A DNA stretch of 64,000 bases, from assembly GCF_009914755.1 (NCBI RefSeq), contig NC_060935.1; one strand, given 5' to 3'. Both the position numbers and the translations under genes were made by a program. Numbering within the stretch: position 1 is the first letter of the stretch; each line of letters starts with the position of its first letter. Under the pieces are notes generated by a model that saw nothing but the letters and a program-made list of their open reading frames with translations, was not told the origin of the DNA and did not search any database. The DNA comes from the human T2T-CHM13v2.0 reference genome, Homo sapiens. Positions 54,237 to 64,000 of the stretch are shown one piece after another.

Positions 54237-54829
54237 GTATCCTGACTCAGCACTGTGTAGTGGCAAATACCAAGTACTAGAGACAGAGTGCTGGGGTCTG
54301 AATTCAGTTAATCTCTTTGTACTTCAGTTTCCTCATCCATAAGACATATAATAAAAAATTTATTCATAATACTGTGGTAAGGAATATATATATATATATG
54401 GTCTTCAGAGGAATTCTTAGCATACATGAACTTTATAAACATTGGCTATTAAGACTTCACAAAAATTCCTTAGGTTCTATCCTCTACTAGGAGTAAATGA
54501 ATGCAACTACCAGGTAGTTTATTTTCCTAGACTCTCATATTTGGAGTAAAGGACAGGAATACATTAATTTGTAGTTTCGGGACTACAAATTAGTGGCACT
54601 GGGAAAGCAAATTCAGTTCATAGATGCATTTTGTTTGACCTGAAAATGTTTACAGTTTTTTTAATTTGAGGGCCTTTGGGTGAGACATGCATTCCCCAGT
54701 TAGCCACAGTCCCTCACCTTTTCTTATCACTTTAATTTCTATTTACCTGCCTGACTCCTGTAAATGCTTTATTTAAGCCAGCAAGAAGAGATCTACTGTA
54801 AAAGCAAAAGAAATACGTAGTCCTTTAGT

Positions 54830-60019
<5,190 letters not shown>

Positions 60020-61640
60020 AGAAGAAAAGATGGGGATCGGGTGGCTGGAGTGGCGCAGCTCTAGCCAGCAAATGACCTGCGACATAACTATTTGCAAAAC
60101 TAATGGGGAAGGCCATTCAAGATAAAGATAAGTTATATCACAGGAAAGCAATTGAAAATGCAACAATGAAGCCTCTGAATGAAGGACTAATTACACTGAA
60201 TTCAGCACTTATGAATCTTATCTGCAGACATGTACAGACTACATCCTAAGATTGACTTCTGCTTCAATGGAAATACATGAGCCAGTGCCTTATTGGAAGT
60301 GATTTGTGTGTTTTAAGAACGGGTGTATATCGGTAAATCAGGGATTTCTTCTTGGTTTGGATCCATTGCTGGATATGAAAGATGGCAAGTCCGGATAGAA
60401 GTAAAGGGAAGACATTAAAAGCAAAAAAAAAAAAAAAAAAAAAAAATGCCCCCAGCTTGCTGGAAGCAAGTGCAGATTCTGAATAAGTCAAGGCATGTTG
60501 AAGCACTGAAAGCAGCAGCAACTGGGAGTAATGTTCCAAGTGGTAATCAGAATTTCAGTCCTAGTGTCATAACTAGCAAATGTAGACATTCTGAAAATGG
60601 TGCTTCCTCATTGGACTCTAATAAAAATTTGTTACTAGAGAAAAGTAAAGTATTCTCTCAGAATTGCAGAAAACCAGTAGAAGAAATCGTTCATTCAGAA
60701 ACAAAATTGGAACAGGTTGTTTGTCCGTATCAAAAGCCAAGTAAAACAACAGATTCCCCAAGCAGAGTCTTTATACAAGAGGCAAAAGATTCACTGAACA
60801 CTTCCAAAAACTGTTCTGAAAACCATTTTGAATATTAGACGAATGTAACAGGATCCCTTTTTGAGCAGAAAGGGGCTTGTAGTCTAAAGTCCAGTTTCTG
60901 TCCACCAAGTTTATTGAGTGGTGGTGTTCAGATGCCAAAGTCTGCAGCAACCAGTACTGTGGATAATAAGAGAACTGACCAGATGGTTTTCCATTTAGAA
61001 ACAAACTCCAATTTGGAATCACATTTGCCTTTTATCAAAGAAAAAGTGACAACATTTTAAGTTCAGAAGACTTAGGTTTTGTGCCTGTTGAGAAAACACC
61101 TAACTTGGTGAATTCAGGCACTTGTAACAACTGTGCTGATGACATTTTGAAAACTGAAGAATCTAGTAGAACCTGTCCTTCCAGCATTTCAAATTGTGAA
61201 AGTGCAGATTCAACTTGGCAGTCATCACTTGACACTGATAACAACAACAGCCATTATCAAAAAAAGAGGATGTTTTCAGAAAACAAAGAAAATATTAAAT
61301 GCATGAAAACTTCAGAGCAAATTAATGAAAATATTTGTGTAGGTTTGGAAAGGCAAACAGCATTCCTGGAACAGGTCAGACATTTGATCATAGTATAAAT
61401 TACGAACTATTTGACAACAAACTGAAAGAATTGAACAAACACACTGGGAAGATAGAGCGCAGGAATAAACATGAAGGAATAGCTGATAAACTCTTCGCCA
61501 AAACAGCAAAACTCCAAAGACATATTAACACAGTATTATTCTCTCAAAGTTATTGTTTGGAACCAAACATGTTATCCAGTAATGGAGCCTGTAAGGTTGC
61601 AAATTCAGAGATTATGAATTTGGATAAGAATCTGGAGTTA

Positions 61641-61982
<342 letters not shown>

Positions 61983-63184
61983 TTAATAGTCCAGTTTAAA
62001 GAGGTCTTCTGTGAATTATGAGCCTTCTAACCCTTCAGAAAAAGGAAGTAAAAAAATTAGTTTGTCACCGATCAAAATGAGTCTGTTCTGAAAGTAACAA
62101 TGATGATCTTATGTTGATTTCTGTGAAAAGTCCTAATTTGACAACTCCGGTTACATCAAATCCAACAGATAATCGGAAAAATTACATCAGGAAATTCCAG
62201 CAATTCTCCCAATGCTGAAGTTATGGCTGTACAGAGGAAACTTGATTCTACAATTGATTTGACAAAAGAAGGCCTATCCAACTGCAATACAGAAAGTCCA
62301 GTATCCACCCTGGAGTACCTTTGAAAACTGTTTTAAACTCAGAAGAAAGAGCCTCATTGGCACAAAATGCAGCCCAGGTTCCTGAGTCCTTTGAGCACCT
62401 GCCACCACTCTCAGAACCACCACCACTAATACCCGAATTAGTAGATAAAATCTGAGACACACTTCCTCACCACAAGCCTGAGCTCAAAGTGAAATGGGTT
62501 TTGAGACCCAGGGGCATTGCCCTGACTGGCAATATAACCAAAATCAATCCCAGTGCACTCCTGTAGAAAGCTACCACCTCTTCCTGTGTTATGAGAACCC
62601 TAATAATAAGTTGATTTGGAAGAAGACTGGAGAAATTAAAGCTTTATCACTCCCAAAGGCCTGACCTTTATCTCAGTTTTTAGTTTCCAACAAATATTAT
62701 TTTTCTGTCCAATCAAAAGATATTTTTGGATGCTATGGACCATTCTGTGATATCAAATCTGTCCCTGGGTTTTCTGAAAATCTTACCTAAAAGAGAGGTC
62801 TTCAATAATTATGTATTGTACTACATTTTTTCCATATTTGAGTTGTTTGTTTACAATATCACTGTAATACTATTTGCCATTATAAAAGGTCAGCTCAGAT
62901 TGTAAGCCCTTTCTATAGAAACAGTCTACTTCTATATGTTGTTAGTGGCCAGTAATTTGATGAATTTCTGATATGTATTAAATATATCCTTCCAATGGGT
63001 AAGTTCTAAAACATACGCTCTCATGGACCCATGTTGCTGAGGTGTGTTGTGAACAATACCTTTGGTGATTGTGGAACTGCTGCTTCCATCAGAAGACCTG
63101 GGATACAAGCAGCCACTGTTTCCTCCATTGACAATCAGCTTTTAGTGACCTGCTGCGGTCAGCATAGCTACAGGAAAAATCAGG

Positions 63185-63276
63185 TTTTTTTTTGTTTGTT
63201 TGTTCTGTTTTTTTGAGACGGAGTCTTGTTCAGTCGCCTAGGCTGGAGTGCAGTGGTGCGATCTTGGCTCACTGCA
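63185..63276 (-). mobile_element. Short 3'-end Alu fragment in the pseudogene 3' UTR
   Basis: T-rich tail plus gagacggagtc...ctcactgca. Confidence 0.85.
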
Positions 63277-63411
63277 AAATTAGCTCTTGACTGAGGCCAA
63301 ATCATCCCTGGGGTGCACCTCCACCAAGATTTTATGAGAAGATGACATTTTGGGCTGCATAACAAAAATAAATTATAAAAATTAAAAGATTTCATGAAAA
63401 AAGAAGAAAAG

Positions 63412-64000
63412 GGAGAAGACACCTATATATCCAATGTAAGGGATGAAAAGTCAACTTTGCTAGAGATTCTGCTAATACTAAAAATAATAAGATGATACTA
63501 ATGGCATATTATTAATAACACAAACTAGATTTAGATTAGATGAATAATATCCTAGAGAAATGCAACTTAGAAACCTGAAGATCTTCATAACTTTGGGGTA
63601 TGAAAAGATTTTTTTTAGGCAGGATATTAAAAAAGTGCTAACTATGATGGAAAATAGATGTTTACCACCTTGAAACCAAGAATCTCTCTGTTCTTCAAAT
63701 GACTTGATGAAAAGTAAGCCAACAATGGGAGAAAAGATTTGCTACACATATAGTCAACAAAGAGCTCATACTCAGAAAACAAAAAGAACTTCTAAAAATC
63801 AATAAGGAAAAGTCAAACAGCCAAATAGAAAACATTGGCAGACAACTTGAATAAGCACTTCACAAATGAAGAGATCTAAATGACCAGTGAACACATGGAA
63901 AGGTGTTGGGCCCATTACTAATTGGGGAACGTAAATTAAAACCATGAGTTACCAATGTACTCACCAGAATGGATAAGCTACAGAAGTCTGGTAATACCAA
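63412..64000 (+). mobile_element. Continuation of the L1M ORF2 split by the retrocopy
   Basis: gagaagacac...ggatgaaaag resumes the L1 sequence left at 60029. Confidence 0.75.

Overview
Catarrhine primate (human-like; AluJ/S/Y, L1PB, THE1, LTR8) nuclear DNA, repeat-dense, with no intact protein-coding gene that I can support; nearly all ORFs in the track are repeat-derived or chance. Clear features: a full-length processed pseudogene of ATF7IP2 (60030-63401, TSD-flanked, inserted into an old L1 and later hit by an Alu), a ~5.8 kb antisense L1PB, a deleted MER4-group ERV1 provirus with matching TSDs, several solo LTRs with TSDs, and many Alu/L1M/L2/L3/MIR/MER relics. The most interesting signal is in the small repeat-free islands. 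On the + strand they are bounded by splice sites, several join in compatible phase, and, read through scattered stops and frameshifts, they spell PDZ-like, PH-like and two Dbl-homology (DH/RhoGEF)-like segments from position 5 to at least 54236. I read this as a decayed intron-containing (unitary) pseudogene of a multidomain Rho GEF whose ortholog I cannot name. Domain calls and repeat subfamily names come from motif recall, not from searches.
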